Positions 8,748 to 18,919 of a DNA stretch of 64,000 nt are shown here, one piece after another (position 1 is the first letter of the stretch; every line of letters starts with the position of its first letter). This DNA is from a virus. The notes under the pieces were generated by a model that was given only the letters and a program-made list of their open reading frames with translations, was not told the DNA's origin and searched no databases. The translations under genes and the position numbers were made by a program. The stretch lies in IMG/VR virus record IMGVR_UViG_3300035703_000011; one strand, 5' to 3'.

Positions 8748-11700
8748 CTATCCTCCTAATTGTAATTTATCTATTTTGGAAGAAAGTTCTTTAATTGCTT
8801 CAATTAATAATGGAACAAGTTTTTCATATTTTACAGTTAAGTAATTATTATCTGCTGGTGCAGGAGCAATTGCCTCTGGAAGAACAGATTGAACTTCTTG
8901 AGCAGAAACTCCAGAATGTCTTATGTCCATTTTAAATCCAAGACTTTCGCCAATTTCATTAAAGTTGTATGTAAATCCTCTAAGTGAACAAACTTTTTCT
9001 AGGGCATTATTAATAATTTCAATATTTGTTTTAAGTCTTTCATCAGAAGCAAATGCAGTGATATCATTTGAGACAAAAAGATTATTTGTGCTTGGGTTAT
9101 AATATATTCCTGCATCAGTATAAAGAATTTCATTTGCACTAGATGCATTGTTAGAATCAACAAATGTAAGGTAGTGATCAGCATTTGCAGATGGTAATGA
9201 TGGTACAGATCTTGTGGCAATAGTACCGGCAGAAGTGGCATTTCCACTAAAACTAGTTGCTGTTACTGTCCCAGAAACTGAAAGGCTTCTGTAAAAATCA
9301 ATTGTACTGTTATCAAAAGTTGCTATATCTACATGTCCTGACCCAGTATATCTTTGAATGTAAAATTTAGAAGCAGCACTAGAATTAAATCTAGCTGCAA
9401 TATTAGTGGCATCACCATACCACCCAACATTTATTCCATTTCCAATTTCAAATAGACCAACACCAGAAACTATTAATTTTCCAGTTAATTTAATGTCACC
9501 ATTTTGTCCAGCAGCTCCACCAACATCAAGAGCATATGATGCTGTTGTTGAAGCTTTGTTAATGCTCAATCCAGTAGTAGTAAATCTTAAATTATTATCT
9601 CCAGTAGCAATATTGCTGTCATTTTTAAAGATTACTTGATTAGATAATCCAGCAGTTAATCCTGGACCTTGAGGACCTATTTGACCTTGAGGACCTATTG
9701 GACCCTGAGGTCCTCTAACTCCTTGAGCACCTTGTGGACCTATTGGACCTTGTGGTCCTTGTGGACCTCTTAATGAATTTCCTTGTGGTCCTATGGCACC
9801 TTGAGGACCTCTATTTCCAGTTCTAACAAACTGCACATAAAGTTGGGATCCCTCATAAAAATACATTGTGCCAGTTCCGCCCAAATATTGAACATTGATA
9901 GTAGAGTAATCAGCAAATGTTTGATTATCGCTAATTACAGAATAAATTTCAGTATCTGATGGAGAAGTAGATATAATTAAGTAACCTCTTTGGGAGCTAT
10001 TTGTAGAATCATCAAATGTACTAATCCATTGTGAAACATTTCCACCAAGACTAGAAAAATTATGAATATAAATCTGATTTACTAGTGAAAAATCTAAAGA
10101 ATTAAAACGTATATGTGCATATTGTGGAATAGGAGTGGTAACAGAAGAATAGTTGTACAGAACACCTGTATCAATACCTCTAACCCCTTGGGCACCTTGG
10201 GCACCTGCAGCACCTTGGGCACCTGCAGCACCTTGGGCACCTGCAGCACCTTGAGGTCCTTGAATTCCTTGTGGTCCCCTTGGACCTGGAACTGTACTGG
10301 GATCTCCAGCAGGACCTTGAGCACCTTGAGGTCCTTGAAATCCTTGTGGACCTATTGGACCTTGAGGTCCTCCTCCTTGTGGACCTTGGAAACCTTGTGG
10401 ACCTCTTGGTCCTTGTGGACCAATATTTCCCTGAGGTCCTATAGATCCACCTGATCCTTGAGGTCCTAAAGGTCCTTGAGGTCCTATTGATCCTTGTGGA
10501 CCTCTTGGTCCTTGTGGTCCAATAATACCCTGTGGTCCAATTTGCCCTTGAGGTCCAATAATACCCTGTGGTCCAATAATACCCTGTGGTCCAATTCTTC
10601 CTTGTGGACCTTGTGGTCCCAATGTCCCTTGTGGACCCAATGATCCAATTCCACCTTGAGGTCCAATTCCACCTTGAGGTCCTAGTAAACCTTGAGATCC
10701 CTGAGGACCTCTTGGCCCCTGTGGACCTATTGGACCTCTAATATTACCAACATTGTCCCAATCTGTACCATTATATACCCAAAGGTCTCCTGTATCTTGA
10801 GCGATTACGCCGTCACCAGTAGAAGGAGGATACCAAGAAAATCCAGAATCATCTGCAGTTAATGTAGTATGCGGAGATGATGTGGTTACTGAAGAAACTG
10901 ATCCTACAATAGTGACTGATGTTCCTGCAGCTCCTTGAGCACCTTGAGGTCCAAAGGGACCTTGAGGACCTTGTGGTCCAATAATACCTTGAGGACCTCT
11001 AACACCTTGAGGTCCAATGAGACCTTGACTTCCTTGAGGTCCAATTAATCCTTGTGGACCTCTAGGACCTTGTGGACCTTGAAAACCTTGAGGTCCTTGA
11101 AAACCTTGAACACCTTGTGGACCCATAGGACCTTCAGTACCTTGTGGTCCTACAATACCAGGACCACCAGCTGGACCTTGTGGTCCTTGAAACCCTTGAG
11201 GGCCTCTTTGTCCCTGAGGACCTTGAGGACCTATTTGTCCTTGTGGTCCAATGATACCTTGAGGACCTATTTGTCCTTGAGGACCTATTTGTCCTTGAGG
11301 ACCTATTTGTCCTTGAGGACCTTGAGAACCTTGTGGACCTCTTGATCCTTGTGGTCCAATATTTCCCTGAAAACCTTGAGGTCCTCTGGCACCTTGAGAT
11401 CCCTGAGGTCCTGAAGGTCCTTGAGGTCCTTGTGGACCAATGATACCTTGAGGACCTATTTGTCCTTGTGGACCAATGATACCTTGTGGACCAATGATAC
11501 CTTGAGGACCTATTTGTCCTTGTGGGCCAATGATACCTTGTGGACCAATAATACCTTGTGGTCCTATTAGACCTTGAAAACCTTGAGGCCCTCTTACCCC
11601 CTGAGGACCTATTTGTCCTTGAGGACCTATTTGTCCTTGAGGACCTATTTGTCCTTGAGGACCTTGAACCCCCTGAGGTCCTTGTGGACCAGTTAATCCT

Positions 11701-13613
11701 TGAGATCCTTGAGGACCTTGGAAACCTTGAAATCCTTGAGGACCTTGAAATCCTTGAGGTCCTACTCTTCCTTGAAATCCTTGAGCACCTGGAACACCAG
11801 GATTTCCTGATGTTCCTTGCGGACCTTGAAATCCTTGTGGTCCTATTTGTCCTTGTGGACCAATAGAACCTTGAGAACCTGTACTTCCTTGTGGACCTAC
11901 ATTTCCTTGAGGTCCTTGAAAACCTTGAGGTCCTATATTTCCTTGAGCACCTTGTGGTCCAGATAGTCCTTGAGATCCTGCAGTTCCTTGGGGTCCTCTG
12001 ACTCCTTGATCACCTTGAGATCCTTGAGGACCTCTAACTCCTTGAGCACCTTGAGCACCTTGAGGTCCAATATTTCCTTGTGATCCTTGAGGTCCTATAG
12101 ATCCAGTTGTTCCTCCTATACCAGGACTACCCTGAAATCCCTGAGCACCTTGAGGTCCAATATTTCCTTGTGATCCTTGAGGACCTCTAATTCCTTGAGC
12201 ACCTTGAGCGCCTTGAGGACCTCTAACTCCTTGAGCACCTTGAGGACCTTGCAATCCTTGAGAACCTTGTGGTCCTATTGGACCTTTAATAGTTCCAACA
12301 TCATCCCAATTTGATCCATCATAAACCCAAAGATTTCCTGTGTCTTGAGCAATTACACCATCTCCTGTGGATGGTGGATACCAAGAAAAAATAGAATCAT
12401 CAGCAGTTAATGAAGTATGTGGTGCTGATGTAGTTACTGAAGGAACTGATCCTACAATAGTAACAGATGTTCCATCATCTCCCTTTGGCCCTTGAGGTCC
12501 AATAATACCTTGAGGTCCTTGAAATCCTTGAGATCCTTGAGGTCCTTGCAATCCTTGAGATCCTTGAGGTCCTATGTCACCCTGAGCACCTTGAGGTCCT
12601 GTTGATCCAGTTGCACCTCCTTCTCCAGGAACTCCTTGAGCACCTTGTGGACCTATTAACCCTTGGGACCCTTGTGGTCCTATTAATCCTTGGTCCCCCT
12701 TAGCACCTTGTGGTCCTTGGAGACCTTGGAATCCTTGGAATCCTTGAGTGCCTTGAGGTCCTTGAAAACCTTGAGCACCTTGAGGACCCTGAAATCCTTG
12801 TGGCCCTATTGAACCCTGTGGACCCTGGAATCCTTGTGGACCCTGGAATCCTTGTGGTCCTATTGGACCTTGTGGTCCTTGAAATCCTTGGAATCCTTGT
12901 GGTCCCTGAAATCCTTGAGGACCTTGTAACCCCTGAAATCCTTGAAATCCTTGTGGTCCTAGAGGTCCAGAGGCATAAGCCCAAGTAAAACCTAATCCTG
13001 GACCAAGAGATGTTAATACTTGGTATATTCCACCAGATAGTCCTTCCCTATTAACTAAATCTCCAGTAACCCTAACTGAGTTGGTATTAATATCTACTGG
13101 ATAATTTGGTTGAGTATTTCCTATACCAAGATATCTAGAGTTTGGATTAAAGACCAATGTAGTAGGAGAAATCTCAAATCTTTCAAGATCCTCTCCAGAT
13201 CTTTCGCTAGTAAATCCAATATACCTTATATTAGAATCTGTAGGTTCTTCTACTGGGATATCTAAAACTGTAATAGTAGCAATACCCAATCCTGGAGATA
13301 CTTGCCCTGTTGCTACTACTCTTTTTCCTACAAAGTTTAACTTAGTAATAGATCCAGCTACACCTACCAGATTACCTTCATCAAAAACTGTGATTCCTAA
13401 TTCTAATAGACCAGGGGGAACTGGAGTCCAATATCTAAGTTTATCTCCCCCAATTCCAATAAGAACATATTGTGCCCCAATTGGAATAATTGGACTATTG
13501 GCAGGATCTCCCAAACTAGGCTCAGCTTGATTTAACCCCAGAAAATCATATCTGTCTGAGGTTAATCTTGAAAAAGGAGTATTTATAACTCTTCTACTTA
13601 AATATTTTGCCAT
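8748..13613 (-). CDS. giant collagen-like tail fibre protein with C-terminal intramolecular chaperone (peptidase S74) domain
   Basis: 1,621 aa with four G-X-Y blocks ([10 protein letters not shown]...), two duplicated globular inserts and a third globular domain. The C-terminus [31 protein letters not shown]...[15 protein letters not shown]...[16 protein letters not shown] is typical of the S74 auto-cleaving chaperone (predicted S|D cut between 9045 and 9044). Confidence 0.9.
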   Translation of the reverse strand: MAKYLSRRVINTPFSRLTSDRYDFLGLNQAEPSLGDPANSPIIPIGAQYVLIGIGGDKLRYWTPVPPGLLELGITVFDEGNLVGVAGSITKLNFVGKRVVATGQVSPGLGIATITVLDIPVEEPTDSNIRYIGFTSERSGEDLERFEISPTTLVFNPNSRYLGIGNTQPNYPVDINTNSVRVTGDLVNREGLSGGIYQVLTSLGPGLGFTWAYASGPLGPQGFQGFQGLQGPQGFQGPQGFQGFQGPQGPIGPQGFQGPQGFQGPQGSIGPQGFQGPQGAQGFQGPQGTQGFQGFQGLQGPQGAKGDQGLIGPQGSQGLIGPQGAQGVPGEGGATGSTGPQGAQGDIGPQGSQGLQGPQGSQGFQGPQGIIGPQGPKGDDGTSVTIVGSVPSVTTSAPHTSLTADDSIFSWYPPSTGDGVIAQDTGNLWVYDGSNWDDVGTIKGPIGPQGSQGLQGPQGAQGVRGPQGAQGAQGIRGPQGSQGNIGPQGAQGFQGSPGIGGTTGSIGPQGSQGNIGPQGAQGAQGVRGPQGSQGDQGVRGPQGTAGSQGLSGPQGAQGNIGPQGFQGPQGNVGPQGSTGSQGSIGPQGQIGPQGFQGPQGTSGNPGVPGAQGFQGRVGPQGFQGPQGFQGFQGPQGSQGLTGPQGPQGVQGPQGQIGPQGQIGPQGQIGPQGVRGPQGFQGLIGPQGIIGPQGIIGPQGQIGPQGIIGPQGIIGPQGQIGPQGIIGPQGPQGPSGPQGSQGARGPQGFQGNIGPQGSRGPQGSQGPQGQIGPQGQIGPQGQIGPQGIIGPQGQIGPQGPQGQRGPQGFQGPQGPAGGPGIVGPQGTEGPMGPQGVQGFQGPQGFQGPQGPRGPQGLIGPQGSQGLIGPQGVRGPQGIIGPQGPQGPFGPQGAQGAAGTSVTIVGSVSSVTTSSPHTTLTADDSGFSWYPPSTGDGVIAQDTGDLWVYNGTDWDNVGNIRGPIGPQGPRGPQGSQGLLGPQGGIGPQGGIGSLGPQGTLGPQGPQGRIGPQGIIGPQGIIGPQGQIGPQGIIGPQGPRGPQGSIGPQGPLGPQGSGGSIGPQGNIGPQGPRGPQGFQGPQGGGPQGPIGPQGFQGPQGAQGPAGDPSTVPGPRGPQGIQGPQGAAGAQGAAGAQGAAGAQGAQGVRGIDTGVLYNYSSVTTPIPQYAHIRFNSLDFSLVNQIYIHNFSSLGGNVSQWISTFDDSTNSSQRGYLIISTSPSDTEIYSVISDNQTFADYSTINVQYLGGTGTMYFYEGSQLYVQFVRTGNRGPQGAIGPQGNSLRGPQGPQGPIGPQGAQGVRGPQGPIGPQGQIGPQGPGLTAGLSNQVIFKNDSNIATGDNNLRFTTTGLSINKASTTASYALDVGGAAGQNGDIKLTGKLIVSGVGLFEIGNGINVGWYGDATNIAARFNSSAASKFYIQRYTGSGHVDIATFDNSTIDFYRSLSVSGTVTATSFSGNATSAGTIATRSVPSLPSANADHYLTFVDSNNASSANEILYTDAGIYYNPSTNNLFVSNDITAFASDERLKTNIEIINNALEKVCSLRGFTYNFNEIGESLGFKMDIRHSGVSAQEVQSVLPEAIAPAPADNNYLTVKYEKLVPLLIEAIKELSSKIDKLQLGG
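9660..12972 (-). repeat. collagen G-X-Y coding repeat region, interrupted at ~12288-12472, ~10738-10925 and ~9830-10172
   Basis: Gly codon every third position over ~850 codons by my coordinate estimate. Many near-identical 18-45 bp units occur, for example ggacctatttgtccttga repeated. Confidence 0.9.
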
Positions 13614-13614
13614 A

Positions 13615-13635
13615 ATTGGGTTCCACTATCCCCCT
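13615..13635 (-). promoter_or_regulatory. conserved 21-nt leader element AGGGGGATAGTGGAACCCAAT (copy 1)
   Basis: Identical 21-mer to the one at 18090-18110. It lies immediately 5' of the start codon of the 1,621-aa gene, downstream of a NATAAATA box. Confidence 0.6.
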
Positions 13636-13645
13636 TTAATAAGTA

Positions 13646-13653
13646 TATTTATC
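13646..13653 (-). promoter_or_regulatory. late promoter-like box (GATAAATA)
   Basis: Reverse complement of tatttatc, 32 nt upstream of the ATG at 13613. Confidence 0.45.
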
Positions 13654-14032
13654 ACTGATTTAATGTCTCTAAAATAGAAACTGTATATTTTAAATGATTA
13701 GGAACTGATGTAGAAATTCCAGAGAGTCTAATACTATCAGTCCTTAAAGCAGTTCTTTCCAAAACAAGTCTTCCATCTAAAAGAATTAGAGCATCATTAG
13801 GGGGAACTATTCCTCTATAAATTATCTCATTTAATGATGTAGAAACACCACTTTGTGATCTAGTCTCCCTTTGATGGTAAAAGGAAGCTGTTCCAATTCC
13901 AGTTCCAACATTAGCTACTTGAGCATAAAGAATAATACTAGTATATCCTGTCTTTGTTCTATAAATTTCCTCATTAGTGGTGCTTACCACTCCAGTTCTA
14001 GTAACATAGGTATTTAAAGGTTGCTGTGCCAT
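13652..14032 (-). CDS. hypothetical structural-module protein (126 aa)
   Basis: ORF lies between the two giant genes, with short gaps on both sides. Confidence 0.6.
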   Translation of the reverse strand: MAQQPLNTYVTRTGVVSTTNEEIYRTKTGYTSIILYAQVANVGTGIGTASFYHQRETRSQSGVSTSLNEIIYRGIVPPNDALILLDGRLVLERTALRTDSIRLSGISTSVPNHLKYTVSILETLNQ

Positions 14033-14038
14033 AATAGG

Positions 14039-17000
14039 TTATTGTTGTAGTGCAATAATTAATGGGGTTACTTCTGCCTGTAAACTCTTACTGAATGCCT
14101 GTCCAGTAATTGTTCCTGTATTTTGATTAATTGTTATTCCTTCACTAATTCTAAAGTCTCCACTTTGATCTGTGCTTGTAAATGGCACTTTACCTCCATT
14201 AGTTGCTATGATTTGATTATCATCAATTGGAACTGCTCCCTTTGATGGGATGGCATTTACAATATTTATACCAGTGCCCACATATTCAAAAGTTATACTA
14301 CTTGCAATTACTTTACTTGATTGGAAGAAGAATACAGTTGAACCTAGTCCTATAGGATAAGTTACAAATTCATCAAATGTAACTGTTGTATTTCCTGTTT
14401 CGTCCACTGGTGTTGATGAAACTGGATTGAAGAAATATTTTTCCATTACTGCAACAGCAGTTGCTTGAGTTCCTATTCCAGGGCCAATTTGTGGGGGAGC
14501 TGCTATTGAAACTATTGGAGCACTTGATCCATATCCAGTTCCAGAAACTAGAACATCTATTCCTAAAATAGTTCCTCCAATTCCAATATTTGATTCAAAA
14601 ATTGCAGATTCTGCTGGAATAAAAAAGTCTGAATTTGGGGGAAGATCTACAGTTACTTCAACTGCTGCTGTTGGATCATAACCAAACCCAGGGTTAGTAA
14701 TTTCAATTCTACTGATGAAATAATATTGTGAATCAATGACTGCAATTTGTCCATCATAAGGTCTTTGTCCTTTTGGCAATTCTAACTGTGGAATTGCCTG
14801 TGTTCCTATTCCCAAAATGCTAGTAATGATACCTGCTCTAGATCTAATGAAAGGATCTATCAATGCAGAAGTTGTCATTCCTGATACTTTGACCTGAGAA
14901 ACTGACCCAATTCCAGTCTGATAACTAGTTGGAATTGTAAGATTTCTCACTATGTAAGTAGAAATGCCTGCAATATATTCAATTGCAGAAATTTCCAAAT
15001 CTCTTACATAACCTGGAACAAGTGTGCCAGGAGGAGGACTGGTTTCTGGAAGATACGTTATAGACCCATTATCAGAATCTCTATATGCTGATCCAGCATA
15101 TATTGAATTTAAATTGCCTAAGGTTAAAATATCAGAACAAATTGCCTCTATAATTAATCCAGAATCTCTCTTGCACTTTTCTCTTCCATTAACTGAACCA
15201 CCATAATCAAAATATGTTGCTCCTGCCCCAAGAGGTCCACTAGTGCTTGTAACAAACCCAACAACTTCAGAAGCAATAAAATCTTTATTTGCTCTTAAAA
15301 TTGTAACAGAATCTTTAAATGCCTGTGATGCCCCTACTCCAACATTAATAGTCAGACTATCCACATTGTCTGTATTTGGTACAGATGTGATTGTTCCTGC
15401 ATACTGTAATGGTGTTGCACCATCTGCTACTAATCCATAATTACCAAAAGAAACATTAGAGTTATTGAGATCTGTTACACCACCACTTCTTGCAGATACA
15501 GCAGTATCACAACAAATTGTGAATAAAGAAACTAACTGACTATACCCAAAATTGGTAAGGGAAACACCAATTCCACCTTGATTATATTGAGTATATGCAT
15601 CAAGAACCATAGATTTAAATCCACCTGCTCTATCACCATCAATTCTCATTCCAATACTATCTGGAACAAAATTTGTACAGTTCTGAACATATGGGGATTG
15701 CCAATTTTCTTCAGTTCCATTTGCATATCCAAGCCCCCTGGTTGGGAATGAAACCATTGCACTTCCAGGATTACTTGGTCCAACAAAAGACATTTGAGCA
15801 ATATAACATCCTCTTCTTACATGAAAAAGATCAGTTTTATCTTTTGTTGTAACTAGTGTTCTCCTTAAATCTTCACCAATTACAGCAACTCTTTCTGGAA
15901 CTTGTATAGGACCATCCTCTACATAAAGACCTGCAAATACTTTAATGGTATCACCAGATTCTGCAACTGAACATGCCTTTTTAATTGTTAAAAATGCATC
16001 TCCAGGACCTGTCCCTCCATTAAAATCACTTCCAAGTTTATTGACAAACCATTCATTTCCAATCTTAGGTCCTGGTGGTTGCCATACAACTTGACCAGAT
16101 GGGTAGTTAACTTTTGGTGCTACTTGTGTGCCAATTCCAATGATGCTGGTAATAATTCCAACACAAGAATAAATTGCAGATACTACATTAGCACACGCAT
16201 TTGGATTAGTATTGAGTTCTCCATCAGGAAGTATTTCTAAGTCAAATAATTGAGTTATTGTGGAGAATCCAGCTTGATATGATATGGGAATTGGGGAATT
16301 ATTAACTACATATCTTGACAAGAAAGCAATGCTAGAAATACCTGCTACTGTTGCCCTCTTTACATAATCAGCAGGCATTGGAGGAACAATTGCTGGATTA
16401 GGATCTAAATGAGATAGTGTCCCATCAACATAATAAGATAATCCTGCTCCAACACTTCCAGAATTTCCTCCTCTAGAAATATCAAATGCAATTGCATCTA
16501 TAATTAATCCTATATCCCTCTTACACTTTACTCTTCCAATCTCAACTCCAACTGTACCATAATCAAATAAATCACTAAGATCATTTCCATCAATATTTCC
16601 AAAAGGTCCTGAACTGGATGTGATAAATCCTACTACTTCTTCTGCAATAAATTCTTTATTTCTTACTAATAAATTTGCAGCATCAATAAATCTTCCACTA
16701 ACCCCAAGAGCCTGAGATCCTAGTACAGAATATGCATATCCAACATTATTACCAGAATCAACAATTTCTCCTCTAATTCTAAGATCACCTGCAACATCTA
16801 ATGTTCTTGTTGGTAATGTTGTATTGATTCCAACAATTGGGTGAATGTTCTTTAAGAAACTACCTGTATTTGATGTTACTGAACTAATTCCAAAACTTTG
16901 GAATTTGGCTAAAGTTGCCCCAATTCCAACATCAAGGAGTGCTGTTGTTGTTATCCCAGTTACAAGTAAAGTTTTAATAGTTGATATGCCAACATATTCA

Positions 17001-18091
17001 TTGGTAATAGTTGCAAATCCAACAGATGCAATACCAATGGTAGAAATACCAACAATTTCCTCAACAATATTTGCAGTTAATATTGTAGATAATCCTACAA
17101 ATTCTGATGATATTGTAGCTATGCCTACTGTTGCAATTCCAACATAGGCATTACTGATTGATGCTATACCAATAGTAGAAATTCCAACAAACTCATTAGT
17201 AATTGTTGCAATTCCTACTGTTGCAATTCCAACATAGGCATTACTGATTGATGCTATACCAATAGTAGAAATTCCAACAAACTCATTAGTAATTGTTGCA
17301 ATTCCTATTTTAGCAAAAATTATATCTGCATAAAGGGTTGTTGAAATTCCTGTGAAAGATTCTGTAATTGTGGCAAATCCAATAGTAGAAATTCCTACCC
17401 ATGCCTCAGTGATCGAAGAAACCCCAATTGTACTGATACCAGTATAAGATCCAGTAATTGTGGCAAATCCTATAGTAGAAATCCCAATATAAGATTGAGA
17501 AATAGTAGCAAATCCTACTACTCTTATATCACCATTAACATCTACATGATACTCTGGAATTATAGTATTGACACCTACATATCCCAAGTTAGAGATTACT
17601 ACATCTTTCCCAGTTGAACTAGATCTTAAATGAAAATCTTGTTGAGCAAATAGAGTTCCTATCCCAACAAAACCAGAATTTCCTATTGATACAACTGCAG
17701 TAGAAGATCCAGATCCTACAAAATGAAATCTTTGTTGAGGATTTAATATACCAAATCCAACATCACCAGATGTAGTTATAGCTACAACTTTATACTGTTC
17801 ATAGTTAACTTGAAATCTTTGGTCTGGTCTGGTTGTTCCAATTCCAACCCTATCAGAAAATATAGCATTTCCACGTACATCAACTTGTTGTAGTGGACCT
17901 AATGTACCTACACCAATTCTATTATCTACTAAAAGATTGGACTCTGTTCTTATTTCTCCAACAACATCTAGTTGATATGTTCCTTCAGATTTTCCTATGG
18001 ATACTTTCTTAGATGAAGCATCTGCATATAATGCATCTGTTCCTACACCTAATCCAGTTTTAACTTTAAAAAATGTATCTTGTGAAGGCAT
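14039..18091 (-). CDS. giant structural/fibre protein (1,350 aa) with 15-aa repeats and a right-handed beta-helix-like module
   Basis: N-terminal VGIGT..P...L.V.G motifs and about 12 copies of a 15-aa repeat (GISTIGFATITxxYx). An internal duplication is present (NLLVRNKEFIAEEVVGF...KCKRDIGLIIDAI versus ILRANKDFIASEVVGF...KCKRDSGLIIEAI). FVNKLGSDFNGGTGPGDAFLTIKKACSVAESGDTIKVFAGLYVE is typical of pectate-lyase-fold N-caps. Confidence 0.85.
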   Translation of the reverse strand: MPSQDTFFKVKTGLGVGTDALYADASSKKVSIGKSEGTYQLDVVGEIRTESNLLVDNRIGVGTLGPLQQVDVRGNAIFSDRVGIGTTRPDQRFQVNYEQYKVVAITTSGDVGFGILNPQQRFHFVGSGSSTAVVSIGNSGFVGIGTLFAQQDFHLRSSSTGKDVVISNLGYVGVNTIIPEYHVDVNGDIRVVGFATISQSYIGISTIGFATITGSYTGISTIGVSSITEAWVGISTIGFATITESFTGISTTLYADIIFAKIGIATITNEFVGISTIGIASISNAYVGIATVGIATITNEFVGISTIGIASISNAYVGIATVGIATISSEFVGLSTILTANIVEEIVGISTIGIASVGFATITNEYVGISTIKTLLVTGITTTALLDVGIGATLAKFQSFGISSVTSNTGSFLKNIHPIVGINTTLPTRTLDVAGDLRIRGEIVDSGNNVGYAYSVLGSQALGVSGRFIDAANLLVRNKEFIAEEVVGFITSSSGPFGNIDGNDLSDLFDYGTVGVEIGRVKCKRDIGLIIDAIAFDISRGGNSGSVGAGLSYYVDGTLSHLDPNPAIVPPMPADYVKRATVAGISSIAFLSRYVVNNSPIPISYQAGFSTITQLFDLEILPDGELNTNPNACANVVSAIYSCVGIITSIIGIGTQVAPKVNYPSGQVVWQPPGPKIGNEWFVNKLGSDFNGGTGPGDAFLTIKKACSVAESGDTIKVFAGLYVEDGPIQVPERVAVIGEDLRRTLVTTKDKTDLFHVRRGCYIAQMSFVGPSNPGSAMVSFPTRGLGYANGTEENWQSPYVQNCTNFVPDSIGMRIDGDRAGGFKSMVLDAYTQYNQGGIGVSLTNFGYSQLVSLFTICCDTAVSARSGGVTDLNNSNVSFGNYGLVADGATPLQYAGTITSVPNTDNVDSLTINVGVGASQAFKDSVTILRANKDFIASEVVGFVTSTSGPLGAGATYFDYGGSVNGREKCKRDSGLIIEAICSDILTLGNLNSIYAGSAYRDSDNGSITYLPETSPPPGTLVPGYVRDLEISAIEYIAGISTYIVRNLTIPTSYQTGIGSVSQVKVSGMTTSALIDPFIRSRAGIITSILGIGTQAIPQLELPKGQRPYDGQIAVIDSQYYFISRIEITNPGFGYDPTAAVEVTVDLPPNSDFFIPAESAIFESNIGIGGTILGIDVLVSGTGYGSSAPIVSIAAPPQIGPGIGTQATAVAVMEKYFFNPVSSTPVDETGNTTVTFDEFVTYPIGLGSTVFFFQSSKVIASSITFEYVGTGINIVNAIPSKGAVPIDDNQIIATNGGKVPFTSTDQSGDFRISEGITINQNTGTITGQAFSKSLQAEVTPLIIALQQ
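16975..17520 (-). repeat. 45-bp (15-codon) tandem repeat region inside the 1,350-aa gene
   Basis: Protein repeats: GISTIGFATITGSYT / GISTIGVSSITEAWV / GISTIGIASISNAYV / GIATVGIATITNEFV and similar. Confidence 0.8.
17124..17303 (-). repeat. perfect 2 x 90-bp tandem duplication
   Basis: cctactgttgcaattccaacataggcattactgattgatgctataccaatagtagaaattccaacaaactcattagtaattgttgcaatt occurs at 17124-17213 and again at 17214-17303. Confidence 0.9.
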
Positions 18092-18110
18092 TGGGTTCCA
18101 CTATCCCCCT
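18090..18110 (-). promoter_or_regulatory. conserved 21-nt leader element AGGGGGATAGTGGAACCCAAT (copy 2)
   Basis: Identical to 13615-13635. Here the final AT overlaps the ATG of the 1,350-aa gene. Confidence 0.6.
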
Positions 18111-18121
18111 GTTTATAAGAT

Positions 18122-18129
18122 TATTTATG
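18122..18129 (-). promoter_or_regulatory. late promoter-like box (CATAAATA)
   Basis: Reverse complement of tatttatg, 30 nt upstream of the ATG at 18091. It overlaps the stop codon of the relic fibre-gene end. Confidence 0.45.
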
Positions 18130-18191
18130 AAACTCTCATAATAAAGGCAATTGCAAAGTGTGGGGGTCTATTTTCGTGGTAGTCACTTCCA
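18125..18191 (-). repeat. 67-bp direct repeat, copy A (relic of the 3' end of the 1,702-aa fibre gene)
   Basis: Aligns with 18920-18986 with about 7 mismatches. In the fibre frame it would read GSDYHENRPPHFAIAFIMRVS*, compared with GSDYHENRPPYYALAFIMRVS* in the intact gene. Confidence 0.85.
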
Positions 18192-18894
18192 TACCAACTA
18201 AAACATAAGACCACCTTAAATGATTTTTATCTTTATTTATTACAGGACTATGTAACAAATTTGCATCATATAAGGTCATAGTTCCATACTCAGAAGGACA
18301 TTCGCCAATTTTTTGTAAGTAAGAATCTCCTTCGTAATTATCATACATTTCATAACGATTTAAAAAACTTGAAGCATAGTTTTGATAGTCCTCATTACTA
18401 TAGAGACTTTCTTTGTACTTCCAAAAAGCAGTACCTCCATTAAATCCCTCACTTAACCAAATATTAGATGCAACAATAGTCTTAAGATTTGAAGTTAAAG
18501 ATATATCACTATGAGGTAATAATGAAGTTTTTTGAGTTGTTATTTTTCCATACTTAAACAGATTTCCATAATCATTAAAAATTAAATTTTCACACTCATA
18601 ATTTAAATTATTTTTGATAAACTCCTTTAAAAAATATTTAAGGTTTCTCAATTGAAAAGATGGAAGATTTTGTTTAAAGAAACAATTGTATCCATATTCA
18701 TCAGTAGGATTAAAAATAGGAGAAAGTTTAGCAACTTCAACAAATAAGGAAAAATTTTTAAATAGGTTTTTAACTATCCAATAACCACAACCATCACAAA
18801 TTTCATGATACTTAATATCGATTTCTGAAAATGAGTTTAGTTGAATAGATTCAATTAAAAGTTCTTGATTTATAAAAGTTAAATCATTTTTCAT
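18136..18894 (-). CDS. 2OG-Fe(II) oxygenase-like protein, same family as 47545 and 48132, on an inserted cassette
   Basis: LLPHSD...IWLSEGFNGGTAFW...TMTLYDANLLHSP...RWSYVLVG parallels HTD/HSD...YLTPDAP..GGT...LILYPGNLFHAS...RLFQTFFF in the tandem pair. The last ~19 codons are read from repeat copy A in a shifted frame. Confidence 0.6.
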   Translation of the reverse strand: MKNDLTFINQELLIESIQLNSFSEIDIKYHEICDGCGYWIVKNLFKNFSLFVEVAKLSPIFNPTDEYGYNCFFKQNLPSFQLRNLKYFLKEFIKNNLNYECENLIFNDYGNLFKYGKITTQKTSLLPHSDISLTSNLKTIVASNIWLSEGFNGGTAFWKYKESLYSNEDYQNYASSFLNRYEMYDNYEGDSYLQKIGECPSEYGTMTLYDANLLHSPVINKDKNHLRWSYVLVGMEVTTTKIDPHTLQLPLL

Positions 18895-18919
18895 TTTAAA
18901 ATTTCAATTTTTAAGTATT

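Noticed and set aside
9660-12972. Highly periodic short repeats that might superficially suggest a CRISPR array or satellite.
   Set aside because: The periodicity is 9 bp (three codons) with Gly at every third codon in one long ORF. There is no repeat-spacer architecture and no leader.
10094-12988. Several 60-115-aa ORFs on both strands inside the collagen gene (10094..10324, 10113..10454, 10484..10672, 11052..11345, 11558..11866, 12700..12984, 12710..12988).
   Set aside because: They are repeat-generated alternative or antisense frames (LEDLE..., LWTLRT...-type low complexity). All lie fully inside the 1,621-aa ORF.
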